Below, piece after piece: positions 10,381-19,375 of a stretch of DNA of 64,000 nt. The notes beneath the pieces were generated by a model. That model saw only the letters and a program-made list of their open reading frames with translations. It was not told the DNA's origin and made no database searches. The stretch is from a virus. Both the position numbers and the translations under genes were made by a program. The stretch lies in the IMG/VR virus record IMGVR_UViG_3300025941_000001, positions 29,825-93,824 of that record; one strand, given 5' to 3'. Every line of letters starts with the position of its first letter. Within the stretch, counting starts at the first letter, position 1.

Positions 10381-10417
10381 AAAAAGAAAAGAGGCGGCGG
10401 TTTGTCCGCCGCCTCTT
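10381..10417 (-). terminator. Intrinsic terminator of the capsid gene
   Basis: GAGGCGGCGG/CCGCCGCCTC hairpin plus T-tract on the minus strand. Confidence 0.8.
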
Positions 10418-10450
10418 GGTTCACGCTAATTCACGCTATTCGCGGGAGCC

Positions 10451-11548
10451 TTAGCTCTCGCGGGTGATCAGGCGAGCCAGCTTGATCTGCTTGCGCTCCG
10501 GGAACACTCGGACCCACGAGTTGGAATGGGCGAGGTTGTTCGTGGTCGCGGCGTTGGTCGGGCCACCTTCGGTCGCCGGGCTGCCGACGTAGGCATGACC
10601 GACCGGATGGATACACCACTCGACGCGGTTGTAGAGCGTATCGCTGCCCGCGCCGTTACCACGGTCCGGGTTGCGGAAGACTTCGGTCGGGACGATGGGC
10701 GTACCCACGCCGAGACGGAACGAGGCAGGGCCGACCAGCCACGTATGGTAGATGCCTGCGGCGGTCTGCGCGCCGTTGGAAGCATCGCCCGCCGGGTTGG
10801 GCATACCGTCGTCCACGATCACGCGGCGGCCGAGGAAGGTCGGAATGTTGACCTTGCCTTCGCTATCCGGGATGAAGTCGATCAGGTTGTTCTTCTGGGC
10901 GGTGGAGTACACGATGGAGTGCATGAACACTGCCGTCACGTCCTCGGCCGCGTCGCCGAGCAGGGTCGCGGTGTCGATGAACGCCGACGCCGAGAAGTTG
11001 GTCACGCCAGCCGTGAAGCTGGAGCCCTTGATATCGTGGGTCAGGTCGTTCTGATGACCGTAGGCGGCATTGATGCCAAGCTGGCCGGAGCGACCGAGGG
11101 TCGGGTCGGCAAGCGCGTTGTTGGCGAAGATGCCGTTGGCGACCGCGACGAACGCACGCTGCAACCGGCGGACCCAGTAGTCGGACACGCGGCTCGCGAT
11201 GCTCTGCATCGGGTCGGACCCGGCCAGAGCGGTCGCCAGACGCATCGTGCTCCACGAGGCGTTACGGCTCAGACGAACCGCGACTTCGGCGGAGGTCTGG
11301 GTGATGTTCGGGGTCGAAGACGTGTTCGGGTCATCGCTCGACACGTTCTCGGCGGGGTCGCCGATGTCCTGCCAAGACGGGACCGTGAAGGTCAGGCCGC
11401 CGCCAGCGAGCAGGTTGTCGAGGAAGTCATCACGCGCGGCGACGCCGCTCTGGATGATCGCGGTCTTCTCCATCGTCAACTGTTGGGTATACGGCGTGAA
11501 GACGGCGGGGACGATAACGTCGCTGATCTGGGTGGACACGTTGACCAT
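10451..11548 (-). CDS. Major capsid protein
   Basis: Start MVNVSTQISDVIVPAVF at 11548 with GGAG RBS; coat-protein motifs (VSDYWVRR, FMHSIVY, PTFLGRRVIVDD, CIHPVG); followed by a strong terminator. Confidence 0.92.
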   Translation of the reverse strand: MVNVSTQISDVIVPAVFTPYTQQLTMEKTAIIQSGVAARDDFLDNLLAGGGLTFTVPSWQDIGDPAENVSSDDPNTSSTPNITQTSAEVAVRLSRNASWSTMRLATALAGSDPMQSIASRVSDYWVRRLQRAFVAVANGIFANNALADPTLGRSGQLGINAAYGHQNDLTHDIKGSSFTAGVTNFSASAFIDTATLLGDAAEDVTAVFMHSIVYSTAQKNNLIDFIPDSEGKVNIPTFLGRRVIVDDGMPNPAGDASNGAQTAAGIYHTWLVGPASFRLGVGTPIVPTEVFRNPDRGNGAGSDTLYNRVEWCIHPVGHAYVGSPATEGGPTNAATTNNLAHSNSWVRVFPERKQIKLARLITRES

Positions 11549-11676
11549 GATAATCTCCGATGGCTTGTGGGGTGGAAGCTTTTTCAAGCACCTCCCCATG
11601 GAGGTATCTTGGCTGATGCTGATGGGGTCACGACTGCCCTGCATAGGGGCGCGAAGCCATTGCAAATTCTGGCGTG

Positions 11677-11712
11677 AGATTATCGCACTAAATTCCGGAA
11701 AACAACTAGTAA
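11677..11712 (-). promoter_or_regulatory. Putative late promoter of the capsid gene
   Basis: ACTAG-TTGTTT-N17-TAATCT. Confidence 0.6.
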
Positions 11713-11773
11713 GTTCTCGCGCAAAAACGCGCCCCGTTTTTGACAGGGCGCGCTCTCATTCGTGAGGCAGATT

Positions 11774-12217
11774 TTAGTCTGCGCCGGAGCCGTCAGGCAG
11801 CGTCACAACCCAGCTTGTGATCGCAACAGTAGCGTGCTGCACGATGGAAGTCGTGTTGAGGATCATGTCGGCGGCAGAGGTGCCGACCGTACCCTGCACG
11901 ATGCAGACGCCCGCACTGTCGTAAGCGCGGAAGTAGCCTGCGGTGCCGGTCGCCGCCGCATCGGTGTCCGACGTGATGGCATTGGCCGTAGCAGTCGCGA
12001 GGCCATTCGAACCCGGATCAGTTGAGGCGGGAAACGCCGTTGTGCTGAGCGTGAGCGTCGAAAGCAGCGTGCCGCTGTCGGCGGTCTCGCACGTTGCTGG
12101 CATGGAGCCCGAGAAGATTTTGATGTGACCGGGGGTGCCGCCCACATTCAACTTCGCCAGCAACGCGTCCAGCGCAGCGCGAGCCGAAAGCATAGAGACC
12201 ATAGGATTAGCAGCCAT
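11774..12217 (-). CDS. Virion structural protein (fibre/decoration-associated)
   Basis: 147 aa, Thr/Ala-rich, IKIFSG...GTLL...GTAGYFR...QGTVG pattern common in phage fibre modules. Confidence 0.65.
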   Translation of the reverse strand: MAANPMVSMLSARAALDALLAKLNVGGTPGHIKIFSGSMPATCETADSGTLLSTLTLSTTAFPASTDPGSNGLATATANAITSDTDAAATGTAGYFRAYDSAGVCIVQGTVGTSAADMILNTTSIVQHATVAITSWVVTLPDGSGAD

Positions 12218-12247
12218 AGTTTTTCTCCCTCCTAGTAAGCTGGGCGT

Positions 12248-14350
12248 TTAACTGTCGAGGTAGCGGTACGAGTACCACTTACCGCTACCCGGCGTGCCCA
12301 GTAAGCCGCCGAGAATTGATTGACCGAAGCCTTGAAGGTTCATCACGATTGGCCCTTCGATAATAAGCTCGGCGTCCACGATATTTCCGAAGCCGCCTTG
12401 CTCGGTCTGGCCGAGGTTCGTGACGATGGTGCCGGAGAAAGTCTCTTCTCCGACCGCCGCAAAACTGGCGGGCGACAGGTTTGTGACAATAGGTCCGAAG
12501 ATAGCTGCCTCAAACGCGTCCACGCGTTGCGAGATGCCGCTGAGCACGGTGTTGACCGAGCCGACGATGATCTCCGCTTCAACGGCCAACTGACTGATGC
12601 CGGACAACGCTGTCGTTACATTGCCCGAGACCGAATAGATCGACGAGCCGTTGAGCGTTTGACCGATACCCGACAGCGTAGTTTGGATCGTGCCAGTGAA
12701 ACTCAGACTTGTCGATGAACCCGAAAGGCTTTGACTGATCTTGGTCAAGTTCGTCGCGATGGTGCCACTCGCGCCAGCCGTTTGCGTCCCGGACAGCGAT
12801 TGACTTGCGCCTGTCAGTGTCGTCGTGATTGTGCCCGACGAGTTCTGCGAGAAGTTGGCCGTGCCATTGGTGTCGCCCGACAGCGCGTCCGTGGACAACG
12901 TCCATTCGAGCGTGCTGTTCGTAGCCCACGTTTGCGTGCCAGAGCCCGATTGCGGGGCGGTCGTCCAAGCCAGTGCGTTCTGGCATGGCCCCGTCGTGCT
13001 GTTGCCAGTGGTGATGTGAGCGCTGCCGAACGTGTACCCGGCCGGTGCGCTACTGACATTCGTATTGCCCGTGGCCCCGTATTGACAGAGAAGGCCGAGC
13101 ACAAGATCGCTCGCCGACGAGAGCGCCCATGTCTTGCTCGGGAGCGTCGGAGTGAAGGCGTTGTCGTAGGTCGAATAGAGCCCGAGCGCCGTGTTCACGT
13201 CCCATGGTGCAGTCGGGGTCATCGACCCGATGAACGTGGCCCATGTAGTAAGCGTTCCGGAGGCTTGGTTCGCGGTGTTGGACAGCGCGATGCTGACCGT
13301 CACGTTGGAGCCGTGCGCGGCAGTTACGTTGGCCCACCAAACTTCTTGCGTGACGAACTCGACCCCGTTGCTCAAACCTTGGAATGGCGTGGCATCAAAT
13401 TGGAGTGCGCTGCGCCTGTGCCACGTATGGCCCGCGCTATCTGTGACGCCCGTGATCGGAACGTAGCCGAGGCCCACGCCGCCTTGCGTCAGGATATTAG
13501 CGACGATGATGCACGGGGCCGTATTCGTGAACGTGAACGTGGCGGGCGAGCCGGTGCCCGAGTTATTGTTGCCTGACGACAGGTTGCGAAGGTTCGCGAG
13601 ATCAATTGTCCCTGCGCTGGCCGACGAGCCGGTCGAAGTGCCGGAAAGCGCATCGCCCGTGAAGATGAACGATTGCTTCGTCTGAGTAGCCGCCAGCGTC
13701 GCAGTGCCCGCCGTGGCCTGCGTTTTGCTTTCGAAAAACATATGGAATTGGTTCGGCGACGTGCCGTTTGTTTGGTTGTTTTGCGCTGTCATACCCGTGC
13801 CAGCGGCGGATAAGGTCGAGTTGTTCGTCGAAGTCACTTCCGAGAGTAGCGCAATGAACTCGGAGTTGTTCTGAGACGTAGTCGCGCTCAGCGTGATCGC
13901 CGCCAGTGTAGACACTGGGTCGCCATAAGTCTGAGCCGAAGTGAGCAGGCCGGAGTTCGTATCCCATGGCGCGGAGGGCGTCGTGCTGCCCGTGATGCAT
14001 TGATAGAGGAACTGATACTCGACGCAAGCGCCATTGTTCGTGAGATTGAACGTGAGATTGCGGTTGGTCGAAGACACATCGTTCTTCCACCAAATTTCCT
14101 GCACGATGTAGTTCGCGTTCGCCGTGCTGCCAGCGCCCAGCCATGCCGATTGGAAGCGCACGCGCTTGCGGAGGTTCCACGTGCCGCCCGACGCATCCGT
14201 GATGCTGGACGTAGACGTGAACGAGCCGTTCGAATAGTACGAGATGAACATGATCGACACGCCGTTGGCATTGTTGACAATGCCTGCGGTGATCGTTGAG
14301 CCCGGAGTTGCGCCGGAGCCGTTCGAACTATTTGCATACGCGAGTGCCAT
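12248..14350 (-). CDS. Fibre/spike-like protein with a duplicated domain and C-terminal repeats
   Basis: 700 aa, Thr/Ser/Gly-rich. Two copies of TD-x-x-G-x-TW...QE[IV]WW...APWD-x-N...DALSG, then SGTIxTxLxGISQ-type repeats. Confidence 0.7.
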   Translation of the reverse strand: MALAYANSSNGSGATPGSTITAGIVNNANGVSIMFISYYSNGSFTSTSSITDASGGTWNLRKRVRFQSAWLGAGSTANANYIVQEIWWKNDVSSTNRNLTFNLTNNGACVEYQFLYQCITGSTTPSAPWDTNSGLLTSAQTYGDPVSTLAAITLSATTSQNNSEFIALLSEVTSTNNSTLSAAGTGMTAQNNQTNGTSPNQFHMFFESKTQATAGTATLAATQTKQSFIFTGDALSGTSTGSSASAGTIDLANLRNLSSGNNNSGTGSPATFTFTNTAPCIIVANILTQGGVGLGYVPITGVTDSAGHTWHRRSALQFDATPFQGLSNGVEFVTQEVWWANVTAAHGSNVTVSIALSNTANQASGTLTTWATFIGSMTPTAPWDVNTALGLYSTYDNAFTPTLPSKTWALSSASDLVLGLLCQYGATGNTNVSSAPAGYTFGSAHITTGNSTTGPCQNALAWTTAPQSGSGTQTWATNSTLEWTLSTDALSGDTNGTANFSQNSSGTITTTLTGASQSLSGTQTAGASGTIATNLTKISQSLSGSSTSLSFTGTIQTTLSGIGQTLNGSSIYSVSGNVTTALSGISQLAVEAEIIVGSVNTVLSGISQRVDAFEAAIFGPIVTNLSPASFAAVGEETFSGTIVTNLGQTEQGGFGNIVDAELIIEGPIVMNLQGFGQSILGGLLGTPGSGKWYSYRYLDS

Positions 14351-14814
14351 TACACGGGCTCACTGACAAAGAGACATCGAAGACCGGCCATAGCCGCGTC
14401 TGGCACTTCGGGCATCACAAGCCATAGGGGCGTGTGAGCAGGGATGGTTCGGTCGGCAAAGTCCAGCGTCGCATGTTGAGTGACGCCTTCGAAGTGCGCG
14501 GTGCCGATCACGTTGGCTCCGGTGCCGAGAAAGCCCGCGAGATTGTCCGTGAGGACGATGTCGCATGACCCGGCCGTTGGAAACGTGCACGAGACCGAAC
14601 TCAAGAGATCGCTCAGGCCGTTGAAGTAGTGCTCTCCGGTTTCGTTGAGCGCCAACTCGAAAGACTGAAACGACGTGAACGGGAACAGCGCCTCACTGTT
14701 GAGCCCGAGCACATGATATCGAACGAGCTTCCCCTTCTTGTTCCAGATATCGCTCTGGCGCAAATAGAAATCGTCGTTCAAGTCGTTGATGTAGAACTCG
14801 CCATTGACTGTCAT
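14350..14814 (-). CDS. Hypothetical fibre-module protein
   Basis: 154 aa, translationally coupled on both sides. Confidence 0.6.
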   Translation of the reverse strand: MTVNGEFYINDLNDDFYLRQSDIWNKKGKLVRYHVLGLNSEALFPFTSFQSFELALNETGEHYFNGLSDLLSSVSCTFPTAGSCDIVLTDNLAGFLGTGANVIGTAHFEGVTQHATLDFADRTIPAHTPLWLVMPEVPDAAMAGLRCLFVSEPV

Positions 14815-15056
14815 TCTGGGGGTCCGTCTCCGCTTGAGCCCGCTCCGATAATACTCCCGCCGCCGCCTCCGCCCTTTTGGATGATCCAGTGACGTTCAAG
14901 GACGGTCGAGACGGGACGAGGTTTGAGCGCGCCGAGCGTAGCGCCCGCCTGTCGCGCCTTGCGCGCGGCGACAGAGACGCCGTACTTTTTGACGTATTCG
15001 CCTTGCGCGGTGAGGTTCCAATTCTCCGGAGCCCAAGGATTGGCAACGTTCGTCAT
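14811..15056 (-). CDS. Small protein resembling the scaffold C-terminus
   Basis: NPWAPENWNLTAQG...QAGATLGALKP versus scaffold NPWSKAGWNMTKQG...QAGSFIGATKP; GAGG RBS. Confidence 0.7.
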   Translation of the reverse strand: MTNVANPWAPENWNLTAQGEYVKKYGVSVAARKARQAGATLGALKPRPVSTVLERHWIIQKGGGGGGSIIGAGSSGDGPPE

Positions 15057-15132
15057 CGGTGACTACCTCGCAAAGAAAAAGCGTGCCGCGATATTACTCG
15101 CGACACGCCGGGATTGATACTAGCAACTTCGC

Positions 15133-15996
15133 TTACGCCGCGTCAGCGGCGGGCTTAGTTGCGCCGATAAACGACCCGGCTTGCGCCGCGATCTCGCCAG
15201 CTTTCACTTCGCCAAGCTGACGCACGAGCGCGCCCTGCTTGGTCATGTTCCAGCCTGCCTTCGACCATGGGTTGTTCGACCCGCCGTAAGTGCCCTTCGG
15301 TCCGCCGCCTCCGCCGGAGCCGCCGCCGACCGATGCAGGCCACCAATGCGGTGCCTTCTCGACCATGTCGCGGAGCCATTCCTTGGGGGTCAGGCCCGGG
15401 ACGGTGCCGGGGACATCCTTGGTGATGATGCGCCCGTCCTCGGTCTTCTCGAAGATGCGGGAGCCGCGCAGAACCACGTCGTCGAGGGCGGTGACTTGCA
15501 CCTTCTCGGCCACGGCAGCATCACGGACAGTGCGCTCGATGCTGTCCATGGTGATGGAGCCTTTGAGGTTGGTGACTTCGCCATCCTTCTCCATGACGAG
15601 CTTTTTCTGTGCGTCGAGTTGACGCTCCAGATTGGACTTGTCGCGCTCCAGCGGAGCGACAGCCTGCTTGACGCGGGCCGCGATGATCGGCTCAAGCTTC
15701 TCTTGGTCGAGGTGACCATCCTTGTTGATGGCTTCGAGTTGAGCCTTCACAGTTTCAAGCTCGTTGGCCTGAGCGTGGAAAGCCTCGGCGTCAACGCCAT
15801 CGAACGAAGCGAGTGCGGTCTTCGTCGCCTTGTGGTCGGCCTTTTCCTTGCGGAGGGCTTCCTGCACGCGCTCGACATCCGCTTGCGTCTTCACGCCTTG
15901 GATGCCGGTCAACTCCCACTTGCCGTTGCGTTCCGTATAGAGGTCCGCATAGCCCTCCGGAATGTCTTCGGCGGTATCATAGATTGTCTTCAACAT
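15133..15996 (-). CDS. Capsid scaffolding protein
   Basis: 287 aa coiled coil, PHWWP-Gly linker-NPW...WNMTKQG tail, located between portal and capsid. Confidence 0.85.
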   Translation of the reverse strand: MLKTIYDTAEDIPEGYADLYTERNGKWELTGIQGVKTQADVERVQEALRKEKADHKATKTALASFDGVDAEAFHAQANELETVKAQLEAINKDGHLDQEKLEPIIAARVKQAVAPLERDKSNLERQLDAQKKLVMEKDGEVTNLKGSITMDSIERTVRDAAVAEKVQVTALDDVVLRGSRIFEKTEDGRIITKDVPGTVPGLTPKEWLRDMVEKAPHWWPASVGGGSGGGGGPKGTYGGSNNPWSKAGWNMTKQGALVRQLGEVKAGEIAAQAGSFIGATKPAADAA

Positions 15997-16025
15997 AGGA
16001 TTTCTCCATTACTGCCAACATCGGA

Positions 16026-16367
16026 TCATTCCGATGAGGACCCGGCCATCCGGGATTTGCGTTTGTGGAGCAATCCTTTGCCGAGGCGAAGGATATGCTG
16101 CCGGGTGATCTCCGTCGCGCCGTTGGCTCCGTTCAAGCGACGAGAACCGATGACGCGATGGGCGATATCAGTGTTGTCCTCGCCAGCGGTGAGGCCAACA
16201 CTAATTGCGGTATGGATGCGCTCGGCATCCTGAGCAGCGATGTTGCGCGCCCAGTGCGCAAGCTCGTGCCCGTGTATCTTGAGCACCTTCTTTTTGCCGG
16301 TGCGGAAGCGATGCTTGTCCCACGCGCCGCCGTCGTGCTCGTGATCTCCAATCTCTGGGTCGCTCAT
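16026..16367 (-). CDS. Short MuF/gp7-like minor head protein (fragment-sized)
   Basis: HGHELAHWA...RIHTAISVGLTAGEDNTDIAHRVIG...GATEITR resembles the head morphogenesis protein core. Confidence 0.5.
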   Translation of the reverse strand: MSDPEIGDHEHDGGAWDKHRFRTGKKKVLKIHGHELAHWARNIAAQDAERIHTAISVGLTAGEDNTDIAHRVIGSRRLNGANGATEITRQHILRLGKGLLHKRKSRMAGSSSE

Positions 16368-17353
16368 TTGCGTCCCTCATTCTCGGTCCAGTCCGGCATC
16401 AGCCCGATCTTCTGCGGCGCGAAGACCGTGTGCTCGGCGTCGGCGGTTCGGTTAGTTGCGCCGTGCGGGCCGTAGTTGACCCATGAGTTCTGTCCGCGCG
16501 TCTCCGATGTCATCGCTTTGCGCGCGAGGTCCGAATACATCGAGGCGTGAGAGCGCCAAGCGTTCTCTTCTCCCTCGGCGCGAAAACCATTGCCTTCTTT
16601 CAAGTGCCCCATCATGTCGTGCACGATGCGGAAAACGTCGTTGACGACCACGTGCCTGCCGTCGATCACTTCGCCGGTCGGCCGGAGCATCGGGTTCGTC
16701 TCGGCCTTGTCGTTGCTCTTGTCGGTCTTGTTGCCGTAGCCGAGGTCCGTGGGAAAGCCCCACCAATGATTGTTCTCGCTCACATCCATCGCCGCGAGAC
16801 GCGGCGAGAGCGCATAGGGGTCCTTCTGTCCGGGCTTGACCCACTCGACCTTGAGCCCGGTCTGCTTGATCACGTCCCACTGAGCGAGCGTCTCTTTCGC
16901 CATCGCCTCGTAGCTGGCCTTGACCTCGGGGTTGTTCGGGTCATCCTTCATCTTGTCGTATTCGTCGGCGATCTTCGCGGCGCGCTCTTTGTCGAGCTTC
17001 GCGTACTCGGTCGGCGGCGAGTACGGCATCCCGGCCTTGTCCATGTAGGCCTTCGCCGCGTCGCGGAGCCGACCGATGGGACCGGGGACGTACCACTGAT
17101 CGCCCAGTTGAATAGGCTTTTGCGGCAGTCCGACGAGCGGCTTCGCGCCCGCTGCAACTTTCTCCGCCTGCGCCTGCGCTTCCTCGGGCGTGCTCGCGCC
17201 CGCGTGCGCGGCCGGACCGATGGGTCGCTGTTCCGGCGGGTGCATCGGCTGTTGCGTGACAGCCGCGCTCGCTGCCGCTACGCCCTTGAGCGGAACGTCT
17301 TGCGTGCCGAACTCGCCGTGGTTGTTGCGAGCCTGTGCGGGGTTATATGTCAC
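16364..17353 (-). CDS. Hypothetical head-region protein with HDxxGH motif
   Basis: 329 aa; NDVFRIVHDMMGH...GF...GEENAW...SETRGQNSW; N-terminus YNPAQARNNHGEFG. Confidence 0.75.
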   Translation of the reverse strand: MTYNPAQARNNHGEFGTQDVPLKGVAAASAAVTQQPMHPPEQRPIGPAAHAGASTPEEAQAQAEKVAAGAKPLVGLPQKPIQLGDQWYVPGPIGRLRDAAKAYMDKAGMPYSPPTEYAKLDKERAAKIADEYDKMKDDPNNPEVKASYEAMAKETLAQWDVIKQTGLKVEWVKPGQKDPYALSPRLAAMDVSENNHWWGFPTDLGYGNKTDKSNDKAETNPMLRPTGEVIDGRHVVVNDVFRIVHDMMGHLKEGNGFRAEGEENAWRSHASMYSDLARKAMTSETRGQNSWVNYGPHGATNRTADAEHTVFAPQKIGLMPDWTENEGRK

Positions 17354-17594
17354 TGGGCAGATGCTCTCTCAAATGGCGAAACGCCGCCTTGATGTGATGA
17401 TGGCGGAGCGCAACGATCTTTTTCGTCAACTCGTCTCGGGTCAGCATGGCATCGCTGACCTTTGTTCGATTGACGCCCGCCACGTCCATCAAGTTCGTCT
17501 CGATGAGGTCGCGAATTTGCGGTTCGCAACCATCAAGGATGTCGATGGCCTCGTGAAAGGTCTTTACGATGTGCGCTCCGGCCGGATCACTCAT
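17343..17594 (-). CDS. Hypothetical protein
   Basis: 83 aa coupled to the portal stop. Confidence 0.55.
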   Translation of the reverse strand: MSDPAGAHIVKTFHEAIDILDGCEPQIRDLIETNLMDVAGVNRTKVSDAMLTRDELTKKIVALRHHHIKAAFRHLREHLPSDI

Positions 17595-19306
17595 GCGCCG
17601 CCTTTGGTCTTCCCGGCCGACGCGCCCTTCTTGCCGACCTTGCGCTTCAACGGAACAGGTGACCCACGCGTATGGCCCTTTGGACTTTGACTGTTCGGTT
17701 TGATCGGAACGTTCGAATTGGGAGGCGCAGTCGATGCAGGCCCAGCCGGAGGTGCAGTACCGGCGGGAGGTGCAGTGGCTCCGGGCGTGCCCGCAGCCGG
17801 ATCAGAGATAGGGTCGTTGCCCTCATCCAAGAATGTATCATCGGTGACAGACTGTTGGAACGGCCCAACCATCGTGCCGAGCATCGACGCGGCTTCCTCT
17901 TCGATCTGTGCGTTCTCTTCTTCAAAATCCATCTCCGTCATGTCGTTAAGCTTCATCATGCGGTGCATAGAACGAAGAGACAGGGGCAGGCCCAGTTGCT
18001 TCGCTTGCATGAAGGCAAGCAGAGCAGCGCCAGCGACAGTCTGATCGGCGAAGTCGGTCGTCGGTTTGACACTGACTTCATCCGGGTCTTCTCCAACCCA
18101 CTCGGCCGCGTACTTGAGCGCTCGCTCAAGCCCGGCTCCGGCGGCCTTCGCCACGGACGAGATCGTGGTCGTGCGCGCCGCCAGTCGAATGCGGAGCGCC
18201 TCGCCGCTCTGGCCAGTGTCAGTGCCGACATCCAAAAACGCGTTGCCCTCTTGGGCCGCGCGCATCTTGTCGTTCTCCAGCGATTGACGCATCTCGCCGA
18301 GACCGGCGGCCGAAACGCCGATGTACTTCGCGTCGCCGCCGATGCGGAGGTCGATCACGCCCTTGTTGCCGACGCGCAGAGTGTTGGGCGCGGCTTCATC
18401 GACGTTGCCGCCGATGATGACGAGGGTGTTCTGGCCCTGCAAGTAGAGCGTCTGCCGGTAGTCGGCTTCGCCGCGATAGATCGCGAGCGACAGGTTCGAC
18501 AGGCCGAGCAATGGGGAAATCTCGGGCTCGGGCACGAGATCGTTCGCGCCGATGAAGACGAACGGGATTTCGTCGAGCGTCTTGCCCGCGATGCTAGGAT
18601 AGATGAAATCCGTGAGTTGCGGCATGTTCGTGTCATTGACCTTTACGGCGACGCCGAACGGCGCGCCCGGGGGCGGACGCTCCCATCCGCTATCAAGCTC
18701 CGCCTGTCCGCCACGAGTGAGGACGCGGTACTTGCGCTCGGTCTTCCACGTGAAGCCCTCACGCCGATAGCCGCTCTCGTCGAGCACGACGAGTTCAAGC
18801 TCTTGCATGCCTTCGTCCAGTTTCCCCGCGTCCCAGTTGATGATGCGCTCGGGATTGTAGAACGAAATGTAGGGAGTTGCCTTGTCGGCATCGACGCCCT
18901 GCGGCGTATCGACAAGCAGGCCGCAGCGCCCGTAGACGAGTTGCGCGACGTTGATCCTGCGGAGCAACGCTTGCAAACCTTCGCCCTGCACGGTCGCCTT
19001 CGTCATCATGTCTTCGAGTTTCTTCGGCAGCACGATCTCGGCGGGCTTGTTGTGCATGATGCCGACCATGGCTTTGACGGCATCCTTGACCACGTCATGG
19101 TAGTAGGCGCGCAACAGATACGCCTCGTAGTCTTTCCAGCCGGGGGAGGTCGGCGTCGTCATCCCGTCCTGCACCATGCCCTCGGTCGCCGGGAGATAAT
19201 CGAGACGCTTCGATTTCACCGCGCGCTCGCCCGCGTAGGTGTCGCTCATCTGTATCCATTCGCCGAGCCGCTCGACGTATTCGGGATGCTTGTCCGGGAG
19301 TGCCAT
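17591..19306 (-). CDS. Portal protein (DUF4055 type)
   Basis: HPEY...YLP...YEAYLLRA...GRCGLLVD...IINW...IPFVFIG...SGEALRIR; follows TerL. Confidence 0.92.
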   Translation of the reverse strand: MALPDKHPEYVERLGEWIQMSDTYAGERAVKSKRLDYLPATEGMVQDGMTTPTSPGWKDYEAYLLRAYYHDVVKDAVKAMVGIMHNKPAEIVLPKKLEDMMTKATVQGEGLQALLRRINVAQLVYGRCGLLVDTPQGVDADKATPYISFYNPERIINWDAGKLDEGMQELELVVLDESGYRREGFTWKTERKYRVLTRGGQAELDSGWERPPPGAPFGVAVKVNDTNMPQLTDFIYPSIAGKTLDEIPFVFIGANDLVPEPEISPLLGLSNLSLAIYRGEADYRQTLYLQGQNTLVIIGGNVDEAAPNTLRVGNKGVIDLRIGGDAKYIGVSAAGLGEMRQSLENDKMRAAQEGNAFLDVGTDTGQSGEALRIRLAARTTTISSVAKAAGAGLERALKYAAEWVGEDPDEVSVKPTTDFADQTVAGAALLAFMQAKQLGLPLSLRSMHRMMKLNDMTEMDFEEENAQIEEEAASMLGTMVGPFQQSVTDDTFLDEGNDPISDPAAGTPGATAPPAGTAPPAGPASTAPPNSNVPIKPNSQSPKGHTRGSPVPLKRKVGKKGASAGKTKGGA

Positions 19307-19375
19307 GGTTGATCCTATCTGGGGGCGATGCGGTCTAGCACCGTTAACCCTGTTTGTAAATAGCCCTTGACAGAA

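Noticed and set aside
15133-15150. Scaffold C-terminal AA as a ClpXP degron
   Set aside because: Two residues in an Ala-rich proteome are too weak a signal on their own.
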